A DNA stretch of 60,920 nucleotides from Armatimonadetes bacterium 13_1_40CM_64_14 (GTDB taxonomy: Bacteria; Sysuimicrobiota; Sysuimicrobiia; Sysuimicrobiales; Kaftiobacteriaceae). The stretch lies in contig MNEU01000086.1 in assembly GCA_001917855.1 (NCBI GenBank), positions 1 through 60,920 on the forward strand, given 5' to 3'. The notes under the pieces were generated by a model. It did no database searches and was not told the origin of the DNA. It was given only the letters and a program-made list of their open reading frames with translations. Position numbers and translations under genes: made by a program. The stretch's first letter is position 1, and the number at the start of each line of letters is the position of its first letter. Positions 38,380 to 48,010 of the stretch are shown here, in pieces.

Positions 38380-41145
38380 ATGGATCCGGCCAAGGTACTC
38401 GCTGATTCTGGGGTTACGGCCTCGTCGCTAACCCACGCCCTCCCCTACTGGGCAGTCGTCCATGGCGCAATGCTGCTGCGCGACGGCAGCTATGAGCTGG
38501 GGTTCGAACTCCAGCCCCTCCACCTCGATACGCTCAGCGAGGAAGAGTTGGACGGCGTAGCGCGCAGGTTGAAGCGGCTCATCGAAACACTCCCTGTGCG
38601 GGAGCGCGCCCGCTTTGTCCACAGCAAGGACGCCGACGTTGAACCGGTGATCGCGCAACAAGAAATGCTGATCTCGGAACAGTCAGGCGCGGGGGCCTAT
38701 TTAGCCCGGCGGCGAATCGCTGCTCTTCGCGACGCCGTGAAGCGTGGACAGTACGTTAACCGGCGGCTGCTTCTGTCGCTAACCTACCATCCGCGCCGCA
38801 TCCGTCCTCCACGACGATGGACTGCGGTTACGGTGGTTGTTGGGGTGACTGCCCTCGCCTTTGGAGTTCTTTCGGGGTGGACGGTCGGGCTGATGGCCGG
38901 AGCTGGATTAGCAAGTCTGAGCCTGTGGCTCGGACCCGTGCGCCGCCGTAGACCATTCGTCCCTTTGACCCGTCCGGAGCTTGAGGAAGACGGCGCTGCG
39001 CTTCAGACACTACGGAAGATTATCCTTAGTGCCTTGGATGCGGCTGGGGTTTCCGCCCGCCCCCTGAGGGACAACGAGTATCTCGACTGGGCATGGCGGT
39101 ACTTCAATCCTGGCCGCGCGGCGGCGGGCCTGCGATCGCCGTTGTTGCACGATGAGACACGCACCGAATTGCCCTCGTGGTTTACGAGACCCGATCGCCG
39201 CGACTGGTTGGGGGGTGGCGAATGGATGGCCGATGTGAGCTTGCGCCAAATGATTGCGCGCAGTGGCATCGTCCGTGATCCGTCCACCCTCCTAGTCGAT
39301 GATCGCCACATCAAGATCGTTGCAATGGATGCCTTGCCGGTGGGGGAATCACGCATGAACGAGCTCGTCAAACTCCTGGCGAGCCGGACGAAGGGTAGGG
39401 TCGTCGTGGACATCTCGCGCGAGCCGCGGGCCGCCGCCCTCGCTCGGCTCGCGCTGCGGAGCCGTCTGTTGCACAGCATTATAGAGACCCACGGAGTGCC
39501 CGATACCGTCGCCGCGGAACGCGGGCTGCGGTCGACCCACGAGGTTCATTACCAAGCCGTTGGTGGAGAGATCGAAATCGTGCGCTTTGGGGTGGCGGCC
39601 ATCCTCGTGGGCGAGACCGCAGAGGAGGCCGCGGACGCCGAGCGCGAGGTGCTGGAATTCTTCAACGGCGAGTTACAGGACGCCCAAATCATCCGTGAAG
39701 ACGGCGCGCTGGCGAGGCAGTTCTTCAACCTTGCCCCCTTCTCCGGCCAAATTAACGGTCGGACGCGCGCGGCCCTCTCGATTACTGCGGTCCACTTTCT
39801 GCCGGTTGCCGGCCCGCCCCCCGGCTCGTCACGACCTGTCTTGCTCGCAAGCAACCGCTACCACGGCCTCACCGCAATCGATCCCTTCGACCCGCGCCAG
39901 CACGCCTGGAATGCCGTTGCAGCAGGTTCAACAGGGAGTGGGAAGACATTTTTCTCGGCCATCTTGGCGATGGCCACACATGCGGCGGGCGCACGTGTCG
40001 TCATCGTAGACCGAGGCAGTAATAGTCCCCCGGGCCCGTGGTTGTCAGTAACGCGGTTGCTGGGAGGACAACACATCTCGATGGATCCTGTAACGGGCTC
40101 AGCAGTCAATCCCTGCGACCTGGACTGGGGTCACGTAGAGCCGGATGCCAACAAGGTGACGTTCCTGGTGACCCTCATCAGCCGGATGGTCAGCACTGCT
40201 GGTGCCCCGCTTGACGGATACGAGCGGGGGATCGCCGAAGCCGCCGTGCGCACTGCATATGCTCGGTGCGAGCGTGCCGCCATGTCTGAGGGGATGCGAG
40301 ACGCGGTGGGTGTCTTGCAGATGCGCGACATCGTGCAGAGCTTCCGTATGCTAGGTGCGGTGGCCGGCACGCATCAGATCAGCGACGACGACCGTCGCGC
40401 GGCCCAGCGCATCGCCTCCCGACTGTACCAATGGGTCGACCGCGGCCGGTTTGCGAGTCTCGTTGACCGTGCCACCACGGTGAATCTAACGCAGGACTGG
40501 ATCTACATTGACGTAGCAGCCCTGGAAAGCAATCCCGAACTCATGCCGGTGATGATCCTTATCCTCACCGACCTAATCTGGCGACACGTTAACCGCAATC
40601 TGGGTACCGTGCGTACCCTCGTGGTCCTTGACGAGGTCTGGGCTCTCATCGCCGATCCCGTTGCAGGGGCATTCGTTGAGGACCTGTACCGGCGTTTCCG
40701 AACAACCGGCTCGGGGGTGTTGTCAATATCCCAGGACATCAGAGACTTCCGGAACAATGAACATGCGCTCGCCGTCCTCGCCAATTCTAACGCGTACTTC
40801 CTCTTTCGCACGGAGAATCCCGCCGCATACGGGGAGGTGCTCCGCTTGAATCCCCGGGAGGTCGAAGCAAATCTCGCGCGCATGTCAACGGCCACCGGGG
40901 AATACGCCGAGCTCATGCGTGTGCAACGTCTTCAAGACCGTAGCGCTAGTGGTTTGCTGGCCCTTTTTCCCTCTCCCAGCGACTACTGGCTAGTTGCCAG
41001 CCATGCGCAAGAACGGGTGCTCCGCGACCAATACTTTTGTGCGCACGCCGACCCACTACAGGCCTTGGAAGCACTGGTCCGCGATCACCCCACCCCCGCT
41101 AGCCTCCCCCTCACCCACGTACGCAAGGAGGATAACCGAGCATGA
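38380..41145 (+). CDS. virB4: VirB4-family T4SS ATPase
   Basis: Walker A GSTGSGKT, IVD, NP.D, Walker B VVLDEVW, R.FR..G....ISQ. Confidence 0.9.
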   Translation: MDPAKVLADSGVTASSLTHALPYWAVVHGAMLLRDGSYELGFELQPLHLDTLSEEELDGVARRLKRLIETLPVRERARFVHSKDADVEPVIAQQEMLISEQSGAGAYLARRRIAALRDAVKRGQYVNRRLLLSLTYHPRRIRPPRRWTAVTVVVGVTALAFGVLSGWTVGLMAGAGLASLSLWLGPVRRRRPFVPLTRPELEEDGAALQTLRKIILSALDAAGVSARPLRDNEYLDWAWRYFNPGRAAAGLRSPLLHDETRTELPSWFTRPDRRDWLGGGEWMADVSLRQMIARSGIVRDPSTLLVDDRHIKIVAMDALPVGESRMNELVKLLASRTKGRVVVDISREPRAAALARLALRSRLLHSIIETHGVPDTVAAERGLRSTHEVHYQAVGGEIEIVRFGVAAILVGETAEEAADAEREVLEFFNGELQDAQIIREDGALARQFFNLAPFSGQINGRTRAALSITAVHFLPVAGPPPGSSRPVLLASNRYHGLTAIDPFDPRQHAWNAVAAGSTGSGKTFFSAILAMATHAAGARVVIVDRGSNSPPGPWLSVTRLLGGQHISMDPVTGSAVNPCDLDWGHVEPDANKVTFLVTLISRMVSTAGAPLDGYERGIAEAAVRTAYARCERAAMSEGMRDAVGVLQMRDIVQSFRMLGAVAGTHQISDDDRRAAQRIASRLYQWVDRGRFASLVDRATTVNLTQDWIYIDVAALESNPELMPVMILILTDLIWRHVNRNLGTVRTLVVLDEVWALIADPVAGAFVEDLYRRFRTTGSGVLSISQDIRDFRNNEHALAVLANSNAYFLFRTENPAAYGEVLRLNPREVEANLARMSTATGEYAELMRVQRLQDRSASGLLALFPSPSDYWLVASHAQERVLRDQYFCAHADPLQALEALVRDHPTPASLPLTHVRKEDNRA

Positions 41146-42104
41146 GAGGTGCGATCGTAGCGTTCGCTCTCGTCCTGACCGTCCTGGGAGCTGTCCCCGT
41201 AGAAGCTTCCTTGCCCGGAGGCGATTGGAACACAGAGGACGGTTTGCTCATATTCCTCAGTCAACTCCATCGGCAAATTGACGGGATTTTAGCCTGGATC
41301 GCAGGAGTCGCCGACTACTCGGAGGCGGCATTCCAGTCCCTCGCCCCCATTTTCGACCGTGCGTATAGCGCCCAAGTGCTCGCTCGGCGCATTGATGGCC
41401 TGGCCACGGGGGGACCGCGGCGGTTTCAGGAGGTCCTGCGCGGTTTTGCAGGCCGCCTGCGCACGATCCCCCTCCCGCGTCCTGGTACCCCCCGATGGGT
41501 CATTGAGCAAGTAATCCACGCATCCCCGCACGGAGAGACCGCCCAGCAAGCCCAGGCCCTCGATCAGGTCACTGAGGAAAATGTGGCTGCCCTTGCCACC
41601 GCGCTCAGCGCAACCGAGGCCGCGCGGATTGCGGCCTCTCAGATTGTCGATGATCTCAGCCCTCAAGCGCAGGCACAGGTGGCCATGTCCGCCGCGCGGG
41701 ACTTGGCAATCCGAGCTCAGTACACGCCCAGCACGCGCGCGGCCGTACAACTCCTGGTCGAAGCCATGGCCGCCCAGATCGACCTTCAGAGCCACACCGC
41801 CGAATCGGTCATCGGGCGGCAGACTGCGGCGATCCAACAGCAGACGCTCTTGAGCCTGCAGCTTGCGGCCGTGGTGGATCGGCTGGCAACTCTCAACGAC
41901 CAGGAAAACGCACACCAGAAGGACCGGTTAGCCCAGCACACCGCAGCAGGGGTCGGTCTTTTCGAGTCCCAACGCCAAACGTTCGCGGAGATCGCACAGA
42001 GCCTCCTGACGCTGAACTCGCTGCAACAACAGCAGGAGATGGATCGGTTCTTCGCCGTGTTGACCAAGGGGGTCGTGGGGCGTGCCGACGCTCTTCAGCC
42101 CTGA
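41142..42104 (+). CDS. VirB5/TrbJ-like secreted helical protein
   Basis: Signal peptide, Q/A-rich coiled coil, between virB4 and the virB6-like gene. Confidence 0.5.
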   Translation: MRGAIVAFALVLTVLGAVPVEASLPGGDWNTEDGLLIFLSQLHRQIDGILAWIAGVADYSEAAFQSLAPIFDRAYSAQVLARRIDGLATGGPRRFQEVLRGFAGRLRTIPLPRPGTPRWVIEQVIHASPHGETAQQAQALDQVTEENVAALATALSATEAARIAASQIVDDLSPQAQAQVAMSAARDLAIRAQYTPSTRAAVQLLVEAMAAQIDLQSHTAESVIGRQTAAIQQQTLLSLQLAAVVDRLATLNDQENAHQKDRLAQHTAAGVGLFESQRQTFAEIAQSLLTLNSLQQQQEMDRFFAVLTKGVVGRADALQP

Positions 42105-43155
42105 GGCGGCCGCTACGCGGCTTCAGGAGATCATAGTTGCCTCCGGAGCACAGGGCCATCTGCGAACTGTGGGCATCGGGATCTTGCTCTTCTTCTGTCT
42201 ACTCAACCTGTTTCGTGCGTTGTTGGCGGGCAGCGGTCCACTCGTCGTCGACGCATTCCTGCGCGCAGGGATCGCCGGATTGCTTGTACAGAATTCCGAT
42301 TGGATCGCCGTCGCCGCAGTCTCGTTTTTCCGCTTCATGCAGGCCATTGGAAGCCAGGTGAACGCTCAGTTTGGGGACTGGCAGACCGTAGCCGCCATCG
42401 ACCAGATCCTCCGTGATCTGTGGGGCGCGTTGTGGGCATCGTGGGACAGTGGACTCTTCAGCGCCCTCGGCAACCTCGGCGAGCACGTCGTATTCGGTCT
42501 CACCGCCGCGCTAACGACCATTTTGTTCGTGGTTTTTTACGTGGCGGCAATCGCCATCTACGACTTCCTCGTCTTCATGGCGCTGGTGACGCTCGTCCTT
42601 GCCACGCTCATTGCGCCCCTTTCCTTTGCATTTCTCGGTCATCGCTCGACGCAGTCGTTCGCCTTCGAATGGCTACAAGCGATACTCCACGCCTCGCTCG
42701 TTATTTTGCTGGCGCAGGCAATCGTGGGGATCGTGGTGAGCCTGGCGGTGGTGCAGCCGTTACGGGATTTTGTCGAAGTCGCACGGTCGGGTGGGACAAC
42801 GCTCGGTGTGATCAGGATCCCAGTCGAGGCGCTGATCGGGTTGGGGGTGGGGATCTTTGCTCTGCTAAATGTGCAAGGCCTCGCTAGCTCGTTTGTGGGT
42901 CGCGCTGAGTCGGTCGCGGGGGCGACTGTCGCCGCGTTCGTAGGAGCGCGTCTCGTGGGATCACTGCCGGGTGTCGTCTCAGGCTGGACCGCGAGCCGTG
43001 CCGCCACGCTGGCCGGGAGTAGGGACGGCGGCTACGGCGGACCTGGCCCCACGCCCCCCGCGGGGGGAGGAAGCAGCCCTCTCGGCGTCCCTCTCCCCGA
43101 TTCACCCTCCTCTGCCGCTACAGGGACTAGGGCCCCGCCCACGGGCCACACGTAG
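42082..43155 (+). CDS. VirB6/TrbL-like polytopic membrane protein
   Basis: Multiple TM, APL.FAF....T...FEW, Gly/Pro-rich tail. Confidence 0.7.
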   Translation: MPTLFSPEAAATRLQEIIVASGAQGHLRTVGIGILLFFCLLNLFRALLAGSGPLVVDAFLRAGIAGLLVQNSDWIAVAAVSFFRFMQAIGSQVNAQFGDWQTVAAIDQILRDLWGALWASWDSGLFSALGNLGEHVVFGLTAALTTILFVVFYVAAIAIYDFLVFMALVTLVLATLIAPLSFAFLGHRSTQSFAFEWLQAILHASLVILLAQAIVGIVVSLAVVQPLRDFVEVARSGGTTLGVIRIPVEALIGLGVGIFALLNVQGLASSFVGRAESVAGATVAAFVGARLVGSLPGVVSGWTASRAATLAGSRDGGYGGPGPTPPAGGGSSPLGVPLPDSPSSAATGTRAPPTGHT

Positions 43156-43164
43156 CGTGCTGCG

Positions 43165-46100
43165 ATGCGTGATCCTACCTTCCCGTCCCGCCTCCCTGGA
43201 TGGAGCTTGATGATCAGTGCTCTGGTGGCCGGGCTCCTCGGCACGCACGTGTCAATGGTCGCATTCGCCCACTATGCCCTGGGAAATACTGAGAGCTGGA
43301 TCTGGGACCTCGCCAGCGGGGAGGGATGGCAGGTGGGAGCCGTCCTCGCGCGCTGTACGTCCACCACGCTATTCGCCAACTCGTCCCTGCCTAGCACCGC
43401 CGATTACCTGTGGTGCCGTCAGTGGTGGCTGATGTTTCACAGATGGACCGGCGGACCCGGCGGCTGGTTCTTCGGGGCGACAATGCTTCTCATCGTTGTG
43501 GGCGGAGCATCGGCCTACTTGTTCGCACTCACACGCCTCGTGCCCGAGGGACCCGCGCGCAGAAGAACGACCACCTATGCCACGCGCGACGAACTGCGCT
43601 CCTTCCTCCGTCCACGCGGCACCCCTCCCGAGGCGATGGCCGATGCGGGTGCCCTTCCCTTGGGCCACACGGTTCCTGACAAGGGCCGTCCCCATAGAGT
43701 CGACGTGTGGCTTCCGCTGCCCTATCGCTGCCAGCACATCTGGATCCTTGGGGTGACTGGCGTTGGCAAAACTAGCGGACTCATTAAACGGTGGCTCGCC
43801 ACGGACGCGCGCCTCGACGGCCGGCATGTCCCAGCCATGATGTCGACGGTCGCCGTCGATGTGAAGGACCCCGACCTGTGGGAGTTTGCGGCACCGATCG
43901 CCATGCAGTATGACCGTCGGGTAATCCGATGGTCCCCGATGAGTTCCGATAGCGCGGGGCACAATTTTCTCGACTATGTGCACACGGTGGGAGATGCATT
44001 GGACACGGCGGAAACAATTCTGAGCAACGACACGGAATACAACCGAAAAGACCCGTACTGGCGTCAAACCGAACTCACCATGCTCGCCACAACAATTCAA
44101 TTGGTCTGCGAGGAGAGTCCCGACCGCCTCCTGGGCACTTTCCTGCAGGACAAGATGCGTAACATTCTAGGAGTCGTCCCCCCACCCAGGTCGCTGGCGT
44201 TCATCCTTGGCCTGTCTCACCTCCACCCGTCGGAGTTCATGGCGTACATCGAGCACGTCGATGGCGGCCGGGCTGTCTGGCGCGATCGCTATTCCAAGGT
44301 GTTCCAAGCGCGCGACGACAAAACAGTCGGAGCATGGCAGGGTCTCCAAAACGTGCTGATCATCTTCCGCGACCCTGATGTCATCGCGGCGACAAGCCGG
44401 TCGGATTTCCACTTGTCGGTCGTCGCCCGCCAGCCCACGACCTTGATCATCGGTCTACCGCGTAAACCTGGTTCCCGTCGCCGGGTCCTCACGGCATTGT
44501 TCCTCCGGCAATTACTTCAAGAGCTTGATGACCTCGTCCGCGCGCGGGAATCCCAAAAGCTCCCGGTGCCGATAACCTTCCTTCTCGATGAGCTGGGAGT
44601 ACTTGGTCTAATCCCCACCTTTCAGGATTTCGTTGCGACATATCGGGACATGGGCGTGTCGTTCGTCATCGCGACGCAGGACCGCAAACAGCTAATCGAC
44701 GTGTACGGGGAAACAAAGGCGGATACCCTCATTGCCAATTTGCATACGCGGATCATCTTCGGGCGGGACCTGCGTCCGGAGCAGGCTGACGAAATCTGCC
44801 AGGCCCTCGGAGAAACAATCGTGCCCGAACCGGGCGTCCAATATGAGCACAAGAGTCCGCTGTCTATTGCACGCCGCGGGACGCGTATCGTGTATCAGGT
44901 CCGACGCCTGTTGGAGCCTAATGAGCTTCGGGCCATGCCCGAGTTCCGCGCCGTTGTCGTCTTGCCTGGCGACATCAAGGCGACCGTGGGCCTGTCGCCT
45001 GTACACACCGATCCTCTCTACCGCGGGATGACCCGCCGGATTAGTTCGATCGAAGCTCTCCGCCACGACATCCGTATGGACCGCGTGCTCGGTCGCCTGA
45101 CTGCGACACCTCGCATCAGATGCCCCTTAACGACTCTACCGCATCCAGGTGCCCTGGTGACTGCTGAGACACCCATCGAGCCCCCTCGTGGGCCCGCGAT
45201 CGGGACGGCTGATGACCTCGTTGACGAACTTCTCAAACTCCAGGACCCCGCTCCGCTCCCCAGGGATCAGTCCCTGCTTGAGAGCGGCGGAAGGACAGCG
45301 GCACCACCGAGCAAGCCGCGACAACTCCCCCCTACCGATCTACCCCCGCCAGCGCCAGTCGAAGAACCCGCTCCGCCCATCCTGGATTCGCCCGCCCCAC
45401 CATCGGGACCGTCTGCGACATTAGCCCCCGTAGTTGTGCGCCACCTCCGTCCCCCCGAGTCACCAATGGAAGCATTCGTGGAAACAGTCCTAAGCGGAAC
45501 GCTCCGGGATGAACGGCTCACCCCTGGAAGCCCACACGGATGGGTGTGCGCGGAGAGACGCAGCGAGTTTCTCGTGCCTTGGGGATTCTTGCGGGATTGG
45601 GGATTCAAAACGAAGCAACGGTTTACTGAACTAGAGGCCACATGGACGCGCGATGGACTGGTACGCGGGCGAGGGTCTGTCGTGGTGAACGGGCGATGGG
45701 TTACCTGTTTGCTATTCACCGAAACAGCAGCGTTACAACTACCTGAAGACCTCCGGGGCCTCCTTGCGCAATCGTTCGCGCCTGTTCCTGCGAACGAAGT
45801 GCGCCCTTCGAAAACGCGCGTGTTGATGCACGGGAATCCCGATCCCAGCGGGAGAGGCGGGAGTTCGCGCAGTACGCAGAGCTCCCCTCCTCTCCCCGAG
45901 CTTCGCGAGTTTCTGCGGGCACTTGACCAGGCCGGTCGTCACTTCATCGGGCACCCGGCTCGCGACGAGCAGTTACCAGTCCATGGCAGATGGCAGGCCC
46001 GCTCCAAAGACGGAAGCGTCGTATTGCTGGCGGAGCGTCACGTCGCAGAGGCAATGTTTAAGTCCATAGGAGTAATGGAAATCCGTAGAGTGCTCACGCA

Positions 46101-46248
46101 GTGGAGACAGGCAGGGATCCTGTTTCTCGGCGGACAGGTCCGAGGGGGGTTTTTCACCCGTAGGACTCACCGGGAGGGCAACGAGTTCTTGGCGCTACGA
46201 TGGGACCAGATCCGCTCGTTTCTCCCCCCGCAGGTCCCAAAGCTCTAA
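43165..46248 (+). CDS. VirD4/TraG coupling protein with a long C-terminal extension
   Basis: N-terminal TMs, HIWILGVTGVGKT, DVK, FLLDELG, IATQD..QL..VYG. Confidence 0.88.
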   Translation: MRDPTFPSRLPGWSLMISALVAGLLGTHVSMVAFAHYALGNTESWIWDLASGEGWQVGAVLARCTSTTLFANSSLPSTADYLWCRQWWLMFHRWTGGPGGWFFGATMLLIVVGGASAYLFALTRLVPEGPARRRTTTYATRDELRSFLRPRGTPPEAMADAGALPLGHTVPDKGRPHRVDVWLPLPYRCQHIWILGVTGVGKTSGLIKRWLATDARLDGRHVPAMMSTVAVDVKDPDLWEFAAPIAMQYDRRVIRWSPMSSDSAGHNFLDYVHTVGDALDTAETILSNDTEYNRKDPYWRQTELTMLATTIQLVCEESPDRLLGTFLQDKMRNILGVVPPPRSLAFILGLSHLHPSEFMAYIEHVDGGRAVWRDRYSKVFQARDDKTVGAWQGLQNVLIIFRDPDVIAATSRSDFHLSVVARQPTTLIIGLPRKPGSRRRVLTALFLRQLLQELDDLVRARESQKLPVPITFLLDELGVLGLIPTFQDFVATYRDMGVSFVIATQDRKQLIDVYGETKADTLIANLHTRIIFGRDLRPEQADEICQALGETIVPEPGVQYEHKSPLSIARRGTRIVYQVRRLLEPNELRAMPEFRAVVVLPGDIKATVGLSPVHTDPLYRGMTRRISSIEALRHDIRMDRVLGRLTATPRIRCPLTTLPHPGALVTAETPIEPPRGPAIGTADDLVDELLKLQDPAPLPRDQSLLESGGRTAAPPSKPRQLPPTDLPPPAPVEEPAPPILDSPAPPSGPSATLAPVVVRHLRPPESPMEAFVETVLSGTLRDERLTPGSPHGWVCAERRSEFLVPWGFLRDWGFKTKQRFTELEATWTRDGLVRGRGSVVVNGRWVTCLLFTETAALQLPEDLRGLLAQSFAPVPANEVRPSKTRVLMHGNPDPSGRGGSSRSTQSSPPLPELREFLRALDQAGRHFIGHPARDEQLPVHGRWQARSKDGSVVLLAERHVAEAMFKSIGVMEIRRVLTQWRQAGILFLGGQVRGGFFTRRTHREGNEFLALRWDQIRSFLPPQVPKL

Positions 46249-46266
46249 GGGGATCCCTTGCGGTAT

Positions 46267-46423
46267 TGGTACGGTCTGCGCCGTGTGTATCTCGACGGCC
46301 CGTACCACCCCTGAAGCGTGGCCCCTGCGCCCTTCAGGACTGGTCGGAGCGGTTCGCCTAATCAGTTGCGGGACTAGGCTCGTACCACCGCGCCCTACTA
46401 GAGCCTTGGGCTTCGTGGTGCGG
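46267..46423 (+). other. four-hairpin structured non-coding element
   Basis: TGGTACGG/CCGTACCA, CCTGAAG/CTTCAGG, ACTGGT/ATCAGT and CGTACCAC/GTGGTGCG stems in tandem. Confidence 0.6.
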
Positions 46424-46614
46424 AACTGGAGGATTGGTGGGACCTGCGGGGCATTTTGTGCGCCTGACGGCGTAGTTTTAGCGGTGCAAATGTGATTACC
46501 CAAACGAAATGGTGCAGGGTCTTGTTACTGGGGTCACAAGGGATCGAGACTTTGATTTTCACGTCATAGTACGGCTGGTTAGTGTTCTTCATTCCACGCT
46601 GAGGAGGTCCAGTC

Positions 46615-47010
46615 ATGAATACTGTGGTGCTCATTGGTCGGTTGACCAGAGATCCGGAGCTGCGGCACGTGCCCAGTGGTCAGCCGGTAGCAAGCTTTAC
46701 ACTAGCTGTGGACCGGGCATTTACAACCGAGAGGGGAAGGGGCACGGCCGACTTTATCCCTGTTGTTGCTTGGCGCAAGTCCGCGGAGCTGGTGTCCATG
46801 TATTTGTCGAAGGGTCGCCTAGTGGCCGTGGAAGGCCGCCTGCACATTCGGTTCTACAAAGCACAGGACGGGCGGAGGCAGAAGGCCGCTGAGGTAGTGG
46901 CCAACCGTATCCAGTTTCTGGATCGTAAGAAGGGGAAGGATGTGCTAACTGTAGAGCAGCCAACGATTGACGCTGAGACGGATACGGGTGCCGAGGACGC
47001 TCCTGCATAG
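46615..47010 (+). CDS. ssb: single-stranded DNA-binding protein
   Basis: MNTVVLIGRLTRDPELR, FTLAVDR, ADFI.VVAW, KGRLVAVEGRL; acidic tail. Confidence 0.95.
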   Translation: MNTVVLIGRLTRDPELRHVPSGQPVASFTLAVDRAFTTERGRGTADFIPVVAWRKSAELVSMYLSKGRLVAVEGRLHIRFYKAQDGRRQKAAEVVANRIQFLDRKKGKDVLTVEQPTIDAETDTGAEDAPA

Positions 47011-47091
47011 CAGGCGGGGTTTCTTGTAGGGAGCAGAACGACAGACGATGTAGCATGGCTATCCGGGGAAGTACCAGCGCATACGAGCTGC

Positions 47092-47802
47092 ATGCTCAAC
47101 ATGTTTAGGAAAAGCACCCGCATGCGAGATCTCACTCTGGTCTCTGATGAGAGCCCACGAAACCGCCTTGCGGTCGCGGGACCTGCGGCTCTTGCGGTGC
47201 GGGAGTTGCTCGAGTTGATCCTTGGCAGAGGGAAGCTGAGGAAACAAGGTCGATGTCCTGCCGACGAACTCGCCGCTGCGTTTCCGTCTCTTTCCGCGTT
47301 AGACGCCGCAACTCTTGAGGATTTTGCCGCTATTGTCGGGCAGCACAATGCGGGAAGACTCGCCGCTGCCCTAGAGTTAGGACGGCGCATCCGGATTAGT
47401 GCTGTGGGTACCCGACCGGTCATCCAGACGGCAGTGGACGTATACCAGTTGCTGGGTTCTGAAATGGGAAGGCTCGATCGTGAACACTTCCGAACCATCT
47501 TGTTGAATACAAAAAATCGGGTAATCCGTGTGTGTACTGTCTCAATTGGTGGGCTGAGCCAAGCGCCCGTGCATCCGCGAGAGGTGTTTAAAGACGCCAT
47601 TAAGCATGGGGCATGTGCGATGATTGTGGTTCACAATCATCCATCGGGCGATGCTACGCCGAGTGCTGAGGACAATATGATCACGGACCAGCTCGCCGCG
47701 GCTGGTAAGCTGGTAGGTATCCCCCTACTTGACCATATCATCATCGGCGATGGACAGTATGTGAGTCTCCGCGAAAAGGGCCTCCTCTCCTCGCCCCCCT
47801 AG
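47092..47802 (+). CDS. radC: RadC-family JAB domain protein
   Basis: AALELGRR, REHF, VHPREVF, HNHPSGD.TPS.ED, LLDHII. Confidence 0.92.
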   Translation: MLNMFRKSTRMRDLTLVSDESPRNRLAVAGPAALAVRELLELILGRGKLRKQGRCPADELAAAFPSLSALDAATLEDFAAIVGQHNAGRLAAALELGRRIRISAVGTRPVIQTAVDVYQLLGSEMGRLDREHFRTILLNTKNRVIRVCTVSIGGLSQAPVHPREVFKDAIKHGACAMIVVHNHPSGDATPSAEDNMITDQLAAAGKLVGIPLLDHIIIGDGQYVSLREKGLLSSPP

Positions 47803-48010
47803 CTGTGCGCGGTGTGGCGCAGGCGGTTCGTTAGGACATCCTCGGCTCATGATCTAGACCACTGAAGCCAGATCAACCTCCGATAGGATTCCGTGCTTTC
47901 CGCCGGTCGACGCTTAGTTGCCGTCTTGGACATATGTTGGGCGCTTCGGTGGCCAATGTTACTCTAAGCATTCTCGAGGAACTTTCAGTGGTCCACAGGG
48001 AGGGTTCAAA

